64,000 nt of DNA from Candidatus Bathyarchaeia archaeon (GCA_038897035.1 JAWAXF010000006.1:3773-67772), one strand, 5' to 3'. Shown: positions 47,685 to 57,066, numbered from the stretch's first letter. Numbers and translations: made by a program. The notes: generated from the letters alone by a model not told the origin.

Positions 47685-49115
47685 ATGGAGCGCGTCGGGA
47701 TTCTTGTGGTCTCCTATGGTTCTAGGGAGGCTGCTATGGTCGATGCCTTCGTGAGGAGCCGTGAATATAAGGTTGACCTCTACATAGCCGATAGGCAGAG
47801 AAACCCATTTAATCTCCGTAGAGCAAAGGAGCATGCCGTCATACCCGACCTCAACATTAACGCCATATATAAGTTCGCCGAGAGGCACAGAGGTGAAATA
47901 GACTTCGGCATAGTTGGCCCAGAGAAGCCAATAATTGAGGGGATAAGGGACCTAATCGAGGGCCGCCTTGGCATACCAATGATATGCCCGACAAAAGAGT
48001 ATTCCCTCGAGAGAAGCAAGGTTCTACAGAGGATTCTGTTTCAAGAGGTTGTTCCTGAGGCGAATCCGAGGTTTAAAGTGTTTGATCCAAAAGATTATAG
48101 CAGTACAGAGGAGGTTAAAAGGGACCTATATAGATGGCTTGACGAGCTCGGCGATAGGGTGGCTGTTAAGCCGGATGCCCCAGCGGCTGGTAAGGGAGTT
48201 GGGGTTTGGGGAGATCACTTCAACACCCGAGAAGAACTCCTGGAGCATTTCCTAGCGAACTTTAAGGTTGGGCCAGTAATAGTTGAAGAGAAGATTGAGG
48301 GCGAGGAATCTAGCTTCCAAGCCTTTTGTGATGGGAAGCATATCGTACCCCTGCCGGAGACAAGGGACTATAAGAGGGCCTTCGACGGAGATAGGGGACC
48401 GAACACCGGCGGGATGGGGACGTATAAGGATAGGGGGTATATCCTACCCTTCATGAGAACCAAAGATTGGGAGGAGGAAAAGAGGTTAATTGAGAGAATC
48501 TTTGAGAGGCTCAAGGGCGGCGGATCAAACCCAAACCTGAGGGGGATGCCCTTCTATGAAGCTTTTATCCACACTGGTAGGGGGCCGATGATACTTGAGA
48601 ACAATAGTAGGCCAGGCGACCCGGAGATAATACCAATACTGGCCCTATTAAAGGACGACTTCGTCAACATATGCTTCAGGATTATTGAGGGCACCTTAAC
48701 ACGCATCGACATTGAGGATAAAGCGGCGGTTGTCGTCTATAAGGTTCCGCCAGCCTACGGCGGATACATAAACACCTTCCCGCACCTAGTTAACAAGGAT
48801 GAGGTTGGAACCCCAGTTATCTTAGAAGAGGCTGAGAGGCTTTCGGAGAAGTATGGTGACAAAATTAGGATTTATCCCGGCTCAATGGAGCTACGCGATG
48901 ATGGAAGAACTTACGCGCTTTCCTCCAGGGCAGTCGCGGTTCTGGGAGTGGCAGACAGTATCCAAGGTGCCCGCGAGATAGCCATGGATGGCATAAGGAC
49001 CATTAGGGGCGGGTCTCTGTGGTATAGGGGCGACATAGCCTCGAGGGAGCACATTGAGCGGAGCATAAGGCACATGGAGGACTTGAGGAGGAGGGCTCGG
49101 TGGCAATCTACATAA
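47685..49115 (+). CDS. PurD-family (phosphoribosylamine--glycine ligase-like) ATP-grasp protein, divergent
   Basis: FGIVGPEKPIIEGI, AAGKGVGVWG, NTGGMGTY and C-terminal YRGDIA all parallel PurD. The N-terminal GGREHA box reads GSREAA. Confidence 0.7.
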   Translation: MERVGILVVSYGSREAAMVDAFVRSREYKVDLYIADRQRNPFNLRRAKEHAVIPDLNINAIYKFAERHRGEIDFGIVGPEKPIIEGIRDLIEGRLGIPMICPTKEYSLERSKVLQRILFQEVVPEANPRFKVFDPKDYSSTEEVKRDLYRWLDELGDRVAVKPDAPAAGKGVGVWGDHFNTREELLEHFLANFKVGPVIVEEKIEGEESSFQAFCDGKHIVPLPETRDYKRAFDGDRGPNTGGMGTYKDRGYILPFMRTKDWEEEKRLIERIFERLKGGGSNPNLRGMPFYEAFIHTGRGPMILENNSRPGDPEIIPILALLKDDFVNICFRIIEGTLTRIDIEDKAAVVVYKVPPAYGGYINTFPHLVNKDEVGTPVILEEAERLSEKYGDKIRIYPGSMELRDDGRTYALSSRAVAVLGVADSIQGAREIAMDGIRTIRGGSLWYRGDIASREHIERSIRHMEDLRRRARWQST

Positions 49116-50176
49116 CTGACTGCGAGGGACCGATCTCAAAGAACGATAACGCATTTGAATTCACGAGTTGGCTTATACCAAACGGCGATAAACTATTCAC
49201 CATAGTGAGTAGGTACGATGATATCCTAGCCGATATTGTTAAGAGACCGGGGTATAAGGCTGGCGACACGCTTAAGCTAATAATTCCGTTCCTAAAGGCT
49301 TATGGGGCGACAAATGATCTTATGAGACGCTTCTCCTCGGAGACACTATTGCTCATGCCGGGATCCGCCGAGGCGCTGCACTACATTAAGTCGATTATGC
49401 CATCCTTTATAGTCAGCACAAGCTATGAGCCCTATATAGATGCTCTCTGCAGGGCCATAGACTTCCCGAAGGAAAATGTTTACTGCACGGGGGTAAACAT
49501 GGACGGATTTGAGGTTACAGACAAGGAGATAGAGAGACTGAGGGTGTTGAAGGAAGAGATCGTGGGGATGCCGATGATAGAGGTTCCAGCGGAGGCTAGG
49601 TCGCTGGAGGATCTACCTCCTAGAACACGGGATGTAATTAGACGCCTCGATGAAATCTTCTGGAGTGAGATAATGGGTATGAGGGTTGGCAGGGCGCTGA
49701 GGGAAGTGAATCCGATTGGTGGATATGAGAAGGCTAGGGCTGTTGAGGAGATAGTCACATTAACTTATGGGAGATTATCGTCAGTCATCTATATTGGAGA
49801 CAGTATAACCGATGTGGAGCCCTTCAGGCTGGTTAGGGCCGGGGGCGGCCTAACAATATCATTTAATGGAAACCAATATGCTATCAGGGAGGCTGAGGTG
49901 GCTGTCCTATCACATGACGCAATCATCCTGGCGGTGATAGCTGAGCAATTCAAGAGGTACGGTAAGGAGCATGTGCTAAGCTTAGCGGAGGAGTGGGACA
50001 TATCTTCCCTAGAGGATCACTGTAATCCCTCTCTACTGGAGCGCCTTAGATGTCTTTATCCGGAAAGGGCGCCATGGGTTGAGAAGATAACGCCGGAAAA
50101 CATGGAGCGCCTAGCGCATGAGAGCACCGCCTTCAGGAAGACTGTTAGGGGAGAAGCGATAGGATCCTTAGGCTAA
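49100..50176 (+). CDS. HAD-fold-like protein (from memory, resembles proteins annotated EhaR in methanogens)
   Basis: Motif I-like ITDCEGP and motif IV-like GDSITD. GTG start overlapping the PurD-like gene by 16 nt. Confidence 0.5.
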   Translation: MAIYITDCEGPISKNDNAFEFTSWLIPNGDKLFTIVSRYDDILADIVKRPGYKAGDTLKLIIPFLKAYGATNDLMRRFSSETLLLMPGSAEALHYIKSIMPSFIVSTSYEPYIDALCRAIDFPKENVYCTGVNMDGFEVTDKEIERLRVLKEEIVGMPMIEVPAEARSLEDLPPRTRDVIRRLDEIFWSEIMGMRVGRALREVNPIGGYEKARAVEEIVTLTYGRLSSVIYIGDSITDVEPFRLVRAGGGLTISFNGNQYAIREAEVAVLSHDAIILAVIAEQFKRYGKEHVLSLAEEWDISSLEDHCNPSLLERLRCLYPERAPWVEKITPENMERLAHESTAFRKTVRGEAIGSLG

Positions 50177-50309
50177 AGGTTAATAGCCTCTCTCCCTCCT
50201 GAGGAGGTTCTCAGGCGGATAAATTTGTCAAGGTGCTGTGTCTCAAGGCGAAAGAAGACTGGGAGGAGAAAAAGAGGCAGCCTCAGGCGCCGATCAATAC
50301 AACATAGTC

Positions 50310-51260
50310 ATGGTTATTTTTTATAATTTCTTGTTTCTATTTTGGGGATCAAATTTGGGCGTGTTCATCGAGGATACATATGCTGAGGCCTTTGAGGGCC
50401 TATACTTCAGGATAATTGTCACGGCGGATGACCTCTGGACCCTTAGGAGGGCCGCTGAGGACTCGACTGCCACACCCTCAACTGTAATAGGCAGGATAGA
50501 GGGTGGGATAGAGCGCTGGATCCCCGGGAGTGAGACGCCCGATGGAAGACCCGGAGTCATACTACAGTTCTGGAGTGGAATAGATGAAAATAAGCCCCTA
50601 AATGATACCGTGATGAGATTCTACAGGGAATTTTCTTATAGGGTTAGGCAGGACGTCCTCGTTAAGCCTTTCACAGCGGTCTTTGACGCGTGCCCAAACC
50701 CGATAGGTAGGGTTGACACGATGGAGTTTATAGGGCACTGCGGCGACGGTTACGAGTGGATCGAGAGCCTATATGGCCGGGAAATGATAGTTGTCCCAAT
50801 AATGGTTCCGGACTTCAAGATTGAGCGCTACCTAGGCTATGGGCGCGGGGTCATGGGCGGAAACTTCTGGTACATGTGCCGAACAAAAAGGGCTGTCCTA
50901 AGAGCGGGAAAGAAGATCCTAAAGGCTATAAGTGAGGTTGGGGGCGCGGTTACGCCATTCGACATATGCTCAGCGGGCTCCAAGCCAGAGACGAAGTTCC
51001 CGCACATAGGCCCAACGACAAACCACCCCTACTGCCCATCACTAAAGAAGAGGCTGGGCCCGGAGTCAAGGGTTCCAGAGGGTGTGCGTTATATCCCGGA
51101 GATAGTGATAAATGGGTTGACCTTGGACTCCGTTAAAGAGGTTATGAAGGTTGGGATAAAGGCAGCCTCCTCAGTTGAGGGTGTTGTGAGGATCTCCGCC
51201 GGAAACTATGGAGGTAAACTGGGTAAGTATAAGATTTACTTGAGGGATCTTTTGCCATGA
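50310..51260 (+). CDS. ftr: Formylmethanofuran--tetrahydromethanopterin formyltransferase family protein (start uncertain: ORF opens at 50238, ATG at 50310, TTG/GTG at 50355/50361)
   Basis: [37 protein letters not shown] and [20 protein letters not shown] all parallel canonical Ftr. A TTTTTATAA box lies at ~50318. Confidence 0.85.
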   Translation: MVIFYNFLFLFWGSNLGVFIEDTYAEAFEGLYFRIIVTADDLWTLRRAAEDSTATPSTVIGRIEGGIERWIPGSETPDGRPGVILQFWSGIDENKPLNDTVMRFYREFSYRVRQDVLVKPFTAVFDACPNPIGRVDTMEFIGHCGDGYEWIESLYGREMIVVPIMVPDFKIERYLGYGRGVMGGNFWYMCRTKRAVLRAGKKILKAISEVGGAVTPFDICSAGSKPETKFPHIGPTTNHPYCPSLKKRLGPESRVPEGVRYIPEIVINGLTLDSVKEVMKVGIKAASSVEGVVRISAGNYGGKLGKYKIYLRDLLP

Positions 51261-52171
51261 CTCTAGATGTCATCTGTTTCGGCGCCCTGAACATGGATAA
51301 GCTCTATAGGGTTGATAGGCTGGCTGGGGCTGATGAGGAGAGCATAATACTCGACTTTAAGGAGGCTCCGGGCGGCTCCGCCGCTAACACGGCTGTGGGT
51401 TTGGCGAGGCTTGGCGTGAGTGTTGGCTATATTGGAAAGGTAGCTGACGACAGGGAGGGGAGGTTACTACTCAAATCCTTTATAGATGAGGGTGTGAACA
51501 TCGGCGGAATAATTGTCTCAAAGACCAGCAGGAGTGGAACCGTTATAGGCTTTGTGGATCAGCGGGGTAACAGGGCGCTGTATCTAGACCCAGGGGCAAA
51601 CGATACATTAGAGTTTAATGAAATCAACATAGAATACGCTAGGAACGCCAAAGTACTACATCTGACCTCATTCGCCGGCAAATCCCCCTTCGAGGCGCAG
51701 AAAAATCTTCTAGAAAGCTTACCTGAGAGCGTTAAGGTGACAATTGATCCAGGAAGAATATATGCTCGAAAGGGGTTTGATGCGCTTAAGCCGATGATTA
51801 GAAGGAGCTACGCATTCCTACCGAGCGAGGAGGAGCTATGTCTCCTGACTGGCGAGGACGATTATAGGAGGGGGGCAAAAATCCTCTTGGAGGAGGGCGT
51901 GAAGGTCGTTGCCGTAAAGCTTGGTGAGAAGGGCTGCTATGTTACAGACGGATCGGAGAGCCATATCCTCAGGCCCTTCAAAGTTGAGGTAGTTGATACG
52001 ACCGGTGCAGGGGACGCCTTCTGCGCAGGCTTCATATATGGGCTCCTCAGGGGAAAAAGCCTCAGGGACTGTGGAATCCTGGGGAACTTTGTTGCCTCAA
52101 GATGCCTAACAAGAATGGGAGCCAGAGAGGGCCTCCCAAGGCTAGAGGATCTACCAAGCGATCTACGCTAA
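51257..52171 (+). CDS. PfkB-family (ribokinase-like) sugar/nucleoside kinase
   Basis: GGSAANTA N-terminal motif and DTTGAGDAF catalytic motif. ATGA overlap with ftr. Confidence 0.85.
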   Translation: MTLDVICFGALNMDKLYRVDRLAGADEESIILDFKEAPGGSAANTAVGLARLGVSVGYIGKVADDREGRLLLKSFIDEGVNIGGIIVSKTSRSGTVIGFVDQRGNRALYLDPGANDTLEFNEINIEYARNAKVLHLTSFAGKSPFEAQKNLLESLPESVKVTIDPGRIYARKGFDALKPMIRRSYAFLPSEEELCLLTGEDDYRRGAKILLEEGVKVVAVKLGEKGCYVTDGSESHILRPFKVEVVDTTGAGDAFCAGFIYGLLRGKSLRDCGILGNFVASRCLTRMGAREGLPRLEDLPSDLR

Positions 52172-52249
52172 TCTAGAAACCTAATAAACCTCCTTCAAGC
52201 AACTTTTAAATTCATGTTCAGATAAATAAAATACTAAGGTGCTGTGTGA

Positions 52250-52882
52250 GTGCATCTAATGAGTACGGTGAATCCCCGAAGCAGGCTATTCTCGCTTCTA
52301 GCTAAGGAGTTTGAGACTTTTATTCCACAATTTAAGCCATATACTACAGACTATCAAATGGTCGCTTACGCCTCAAAGGATCTGGAGACATGGTTGAAAG
52401 TTAAGATGGGAATTGACGATGCCGAGGCCCTCTACAAGATGGTTGAGGAGACATATAGAGGGGGACCTAGGGACCCCAGGACCCCAGTGGGCTTCTGGGC
52501 TGACATGTGGCTTAAAAAGTGGCGGGAGCGCGTTAAAATCCTCTCAACAAAATTTGAGGAGCCGAGGGATCATGTCGAGAGAGTCAAGAGGGCCAGGAAA
52601 ATATTCCAGGAAATGGATTGGAGAAATGAGCTAAGAAAGATGATCATTAAGAAGCTTATAGAGCACGGCGAGATCTGCATGACGGAGTTCATAGCCGATA
52701 ACCTGATAATTGAGGAGATAGCAAGGCGCCTACAGAGGGCTGACAATAATAGCATAATAGCCTTAGATCCACTAAGCATATACAATGCTGTTAGCTCAAG
52801 AATTGTAAGATTATCAAAGGAGAAGGGGCCACTGGTATATTTAAGTATAAAGCCCGGCTTATTTCAGCATAATAATTACTAA
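52250..52882 (+). CDS. Hypothetical protein (possible C-terminal wHTH)
   Basis: 210-aa ORF with coding-like composition and no motif I recognise. Lies upstream of a single-domain KaiC-like gene. Confidence 0.3.
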   Translation: MHLMSTVNPRSRLFSLLAKEFETFIPQFKPYTTDYQMVAYASKDLETWLKVKMGIDDAEALYKMVEETYRGGPRDPRTPVGFWADMWLKKWRERVKILSTKFEEPRDHVERVKRARKIFQEMDWRNELRKMIIKKLIEHGEICMTEFIADNLIIEEIARRLQRADNNSIIALDPLSIYNAVSSRIVRLSKEKGPLVYLSIKPGLFQHNNY

Positions 52883-52930
52883 TTTATTAGTCTCTCCCAA
52901 GATATTGATTATTGGGGACTGAAAAATACC

Positions 52931-53722
52931 ATGCGTGTTGAACGGTTATCAACCGGCATCCCAGAACTAGATGCCATGCTTGAGGGCGGCATACCGAAGG
53001 GCTTTATGGTAGCGATCACCGGCGAGCCTGGCACAGGAAAAACAATACTTTGTATACACTTTATTGCACAAGGCGTTAATGAGGGGGATAAATGCATCTA
53101 CGTCACAACCGAGGAGAGCAGAGAGTCTATTATTACACAGGCAGCCCAGTTCGGCTTCAGCTTTTCAAGCGGCATCTCCGAAAAGAAGATGATAATAATT
53201 GATGCTCTAATGGGGCGCCAGGATGAGTGGTCGCTGCAAAGCCTGGATGTCGAGGAGCTCATGAATAAAGTTATTGAGGCTAAGAGGGCCTTGGGTTACG
53301 GCAGGGCGCGCCTAGTAATAGATTCGTTATCGGCGTTCTGGCTTGATAAGCCGGCGATGGCGAGGAGATATTCATACTTCGTGAAGAAGGTCCTCTCAAA
53401 GTGGGACTTCACAGTCATGGCAACCTCACAGTACGCTATAACAACCTCCGAGGCCTTCGGATGGGGTGTAGAGCACATAGCAGACGGCATAATAAGGTTC
53501 AGAAGATTCGTTAGGAACGGCATTTTAAGGCGCTATTTACTCATTGAGAAGATGAGGCAGACAAACCACAGCCTACAGATGCACGAGATACTGATCTTAC
53601 CCGGCAGGGGCCTAACAATAATCGGCCCGGTCGAGATGAGGAAAGAGGACATAGCTCTACCAAGACACATCATGGAACGGATCCAAAAGGCGGCGGAGAG
53701 GAGAGAGGCTGAGGCGCCATAA
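52931..53722 (+). CDS. Single-domain KaiC/RadA-like ATPase
   Basis: STGIPELDAMLEGGIPKG, Walker A GEPGTGKT, Walker B-like RLVIDSLS. 263 aa. Confidence 0.8.
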   Translation: MRVERLSTGIPELDAMLEGGIPKGFMVAITGEPGTGKTILCIHFIAQGVNEGDKCIYVTTEESRESIITQAAQFGFSFSSGISEKKMIIIDALMGRQDEWSLQSLDVEELMNKVIEAKRALGYGRARLVIDSLSAFWLDKPAMARRYSYFVKKVLSKWDFTVMATSQYAITTSEAFGWGVEHIADGIIRFRRFVRNGILRRYLLIEKMRQTNHSLQMHEILILPGRGLTIIGPVEMRKEDIALPRHIMERIQKAAERREAEAP

Positions 53723-53851
53723 AAGAGAAATTACCTAAAAACAAGCAAACCTGCATACCAAAAAAGTAAGCATCACATTATGTATTTCATCCACCATCTT
53801 ATCATACAGTCAGCAAACTTCCATAGCGATTGAGTATTATTTTGGGCTGAT

Positions 53852-54246
53852 ATGGTCTCTAGGACGAGGGACTGGCTTAGACAGGCAATAAAGGATTATA
53901 AGCATGCCAAGACCTCACTCGAGGTTGGCGATTATGAATGGGCTTGCTTCGTCTCACACCAAGCTGCCGAGAAGGCCGTTAAAGCGCTATACCCAATCAA
54001 TTGGGGTTGAGGGCTGGGGTCACTCAGTTAGCAGGATGCTCGAGAACCTCCCAGAAAACTTTAAGCCGCTGGCGGAGATAATTAATATGGCTAAGGAGAT
54101 GGATAGGCATTACATCCCATCAAGCTACCTAAACTTCCATTCAGAGGGCGCCCCACTAGACTATTACACTAGGGGGAGCCGAAAGAGCTATAAAGTTTGC
54201 CGGTGAGATGATTGAATTCGTCAGAGGTAAAACTATTCAATCTTAA
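53852..54246 (+). pseudogene. HEPN-domain protein gene interrupted by two +1 frame breaks
   Basis: Three consecutive frames together read DWLRQAIKDYKHAKTSLEVGDYEWACFVSHQAAEKAVKALY / QSIGVEGWGHSVSRMLE...MDRHYIPSSY...DYYTRG / AERAIKFAGEMIEFVRGK. The breaks are at the C-run 53992-53994 and the G-run ~54171-54175. Confidence 0.75.
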
Positions 54247-54576
54247 CTATGAGACAATGATCGGCGAGCTTAGAGAGTATGCCAAAAGATCTGTAGATAA
54301 AGGAGCACTATCAGTTATATTGGTTGGATCGCTGGTCAGAGGAGACCACACAGCGTTCTCCGACGCAGACGTGATAATCATAATTAAAGAATCCAAGGAA
54401 AGGCCGATAGACAGAGTTGCTAAGTTCATGGAGACAAAAGCATCAGTAGATGTCAACGTGAGAGTATTACTGTGAGTGAAATTAGGGATATGATGAAGCG
54501 CAAAAGTAGGATCCTACATGAGATAGCCGAGCAGGGGATACTGTTCGGAGGGAACCCAAAAATCATAGAAGAATAA
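54212..54576 (+). pseudogene. Minimal nucleotidyltransferase (MNT) gene, frame broken near its 3' third
   Basis: ILVGSLVRGDHTAFSDADVIIII is the GSxxRG...DxD motif. The C-terminal TVSEIRDMMKRKSRILHEIAEQGILFGG continues in another frame after the stop at 54473-54475. Confidence 0.7.
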
Positions 54577-54669
54577 AGCAGATGATTGAGCAGAACCCAA
54601 AAGCCAGGAAGATCTAAAAAATAAGCCTTATAATTATATAAAAACTTAATTCTGAAATCGGGGTTCTCA

Positions 54670-55410
54670 TTGGAGCGTTATCCTGTCGAGTTTTACGTGG
54701 GCGGTCATAGGATCCGCGGGAACCTACATCTACTATATACCGGGGCGCCATGCATAATTACCCTGCATGGCTTAGAGGGCAATAAAGATTCTGGTAAGTG
54801 GCCAATCGTCGCCTCAAAGCTCGTCAGCGAGGGCTACGCGTGCCTAAGATTCAACTTCAGGGGGTGCGGTGAAGGGCCCGAGAGAAGCGACGGCTCCTTT
54901 GAGGATACAACTCTAACAAGTAGAATTGAGGACTATAGGGCTGCCCTCCAATTTCTGCAAAAAACTGGAAGGATTGATGCTAGAAGAATAGGCGCCATAG
55001 GCTCGAGCTTCGGCGGGATGGTAGCCATAGCGGCCCAGGAAAAGGAGATAAAAACCCTAGTTGCAATCTCAACACCCTACGTGATCCCAAGTCTAGGCGA
55101 GACAAGATTTACATGCGGTGGAGAAACATATTATGTGCTCCCCTCGGGGAGGAGACTAAAAGCGAAGTTTTATGAGGATTTGAGGAAATATGATCTGCTG
55201 GAGGCCATAAAGAGGGTGCCCCCCATTTTAATCATACAGGGCAGCGCGGATGAACTCGTCCCATTGGACCACGCGCTAAAGCTCTACGAGACCGCACCTG
55301 AGCCAAAGGGGATCGAGATAATAGATAGCGCAGACCACTCCTTCACGAGACCGGAGCACTTAGATAAGGCGATAAACTTGGCAGTAGAATGGTTTAAAAA
55401 GTATCTGTAG
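54670..55410 (+). CDS. Alpha/beta-fold hydrolase
   Basis: Nucleophile elbow GSSFGG, an acid in GSADELV and His in SADHSF. 246 aa. Confidence 0.8.
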   Translation: MERYPVEFYVGGHRIRGNLHLLYTGAPCIITLHGLEGNKDSGKWPIVASKLVSEGYACLRFNFRGCGEGPERSDGSFEDTTLTSRIEDYRAALQFLQKTGRIDARRIGAIGSSFGGMVAIAAQEKEIKTLVAISTPYVIPSLGETRFTCGGETYYVLPSGRRLKAKFYEDLRKYDLLEAIKRVPPILIIQGSADELVPLDHALKLYETAPEPKGIEIIDSADHSFTRPEHLDKAINLAVEWFKKYL

Positions 55411-55497
55411 CTCCCGGTCCATGGCCAGAATATTTGCTGAAGAGTCCAAGGATGTTATGAAATCCTTTAAGAGTGTAAGTAGTTAGAATTTGATGCG

Positions 55498-56373
55498 TTG
55501 GCAATGGATGAGATGGCTAGAGTAGATCCCCTAAGCATTGCACGGAAGCATTACTTAAGTAGCGATGTTCAAAAGGAGATTATAGACTTCTGCAGGGGCA
55601 GATGGGTTGCAGCGCACCACCTAACCCCTTCGGGTAAACTCGTCTTGAGGAGGTATATCTCTGGAAAGCCGATGAAGATTGAAAGGAGAGAAGACATAGA
55701 AGAGTTGACCAATTATATGGGGAGGTCCGTCTACGCCACAGCTAACGTTTATGGGAAAATTGAAGATCCTTTTGACCCCTACGATCGAGACAACATAATT
55801 TACTCCACGCCCACATGGGACATCGACTGCGACCTACCAAGATGGAAGGCTACTCTTAAAGCCGCAAAGGAGATTATAGAGTTTTTGGGCGATTGGGGGA
55901 TAAGAGAGTCCGTTTACGTTAAATGGTCCGGAAATGGATGTCACTTACATATAAACGAGAGAAGCATTTCAGAGGGACTCCTCGAAAAATATGGCCCCCT
56001 AGACATAGCCTACGCAATAGTCGAGTACGTGAACATAAAGCTAGCCAAACTATTCATAATGGACGAAGTAAAAGTAGAGAACAAGATGGACCCCGCAAGA
56101 GTCTTCACATGCCCACTAAGCCTGCACCGAGAATTAAATGTGGCATGCGTCTGTATAAAGCCAGAAGACTTAAGCAAATTCACTCCTGAATGGATCAATC
56201 CCCAGAGCTTTAGGCATGATCCAAGGTGGCGCGAATTCAGGGAGGGAGAGACTGACAGGCTTGCGGAGGCGGCCTATAAGACGGTGGGAGGATATCCACT
56301 TAAACCCGGGCGGAGGCGGCGGAAGACGAAACCATTAGATGAACAGATAGTAGAGTGGCTACAAAGAGATTAA
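55498..56373 (+). CDS. Archaeo-eukaryotic primase (AEP) superfamily protein, PriS-like, with no zinc-knuckle insert
   Basis: Motif I TWDIDCD, motif II KWSGNGCHLHI, motif III KMDPARVFTCPLSLH. The N-terminal layout parallels PriS. Basic C-terminal tail PGRRRRKTKP. Confidence 0.6.
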   Translation: MAMDEMARVDPLSIARKHYLSSDVQKEIIDFCRGRWVAAHHLTPSGKLVLRRYISGKPMKIERREDIEELTNYMGRSVYATANVYGKIEDPFDPYDRDNIIYSTPTWDIDCDLPRWKATLKAAKEIIEFLGDWGIRESVYVKWSGNGCHLHINERSISEGLLEKYGPLDIAYAIVEYVNIKLAKLFIMDEVKVENKMDPARVFTCPLSLHRELNVACVCIKPEDLSKFTPEWINPQSFRHDPRWREFREGETDRLAEAAYKTVGGYPLKPGRRRRKTKPLDEQIVEWLQRD

Positions 56374-56385
56374 AAGAGGATCATT

Positions 56386-56964
56386 TTACGCTGTTTTCCG
56401 ATTTTCTAAGCCCATAAAAGCCCATAGAAACTCATTAAAGCCTTTATTCCCTAGTAACGTGACCATGAAGAAGCTTATTATAACTATCTCTGCCAGAGCC
56501 TTCGGCAATATGTAATAGAGGAAGATCAGAGCCCCACCACTTCCAATGAAGAAGGGCAATAGCCACTCGAAGACGGCATATGTAAATACCCCTTCTGGAA
56601 CGTAGGCCATAAGTGAAACTGGAATCGCAAAGAGGGAGGATCTCTTATTCTGTCTCAGACCTACGCTTTCTGATATGGCTCCAACCGTCAAACCCGTTAA
56701 ACTTTTTCCAATGGGTAAGACGATTAGACCAAGCCAGCCACACATGCCCATCGGCCCAAACATTATTCCCGGAAGAACTCCTACCAATAAACCCGATATA
56801 AAGCCAATTAGCGGCCCCCCATAGAACCCTGCTATATAGGCTGGCAATAGAGAAAAGTCTAAGGCAACTCCAGGAGCTATCTGCCCCACATAATATGTAA
56901 TAACAAATAGCGCATTCCCAAGAGCCCCCATCATTAATGTGAACCCAACTGTTTTTGCTCTCAT
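56386..56964 (-). CDS. Small polytopic membrane protein (ECF S-component-like?)
   Basis: 192 aa with ~6 hydrophobic, Gly-rich segments. Function not inferable from sequence. Confidence 0.35.
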   Translation of the reverse strand: MRAKTVGFTLMMGALGNALFVITYYVGQIAPGVALDFSLLPAYIAGFYGGPLIGFISGLLVGVLPGIMFGPMGMCGWLGLIVLPIGKSLTGLTVGAISESVGLRQNKRSSLFAIPVSLMAYVPEGVFTYAVFEWLLPFFIGSGGALIFLYYILPKALAEIVIISFFMVTLLGNKGFNEFLWAFMGLENRKTA

Positions 56965-57066
56965 AGTTAATCCTCAATCCACAATTTTTATCTCAACTAG
57001 AATTTAAGAGTAGCTACTTAAAAATGAGTAATATAGATTTATCTATCTTATCAGTTTGTCTTAAAA

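Noticed and set aside
52250-56373. Possible integrated mobile element or defence island (KaiC-like ATPase, HEPN/MNT, hydrolase, AEP primase-like gene)
   Set aside because: No integrase, transposase, flanking direct repeats or tRNA target are visible, and the composition does not obviously differ from the surrounding sequence. I kept the individual observations instead.
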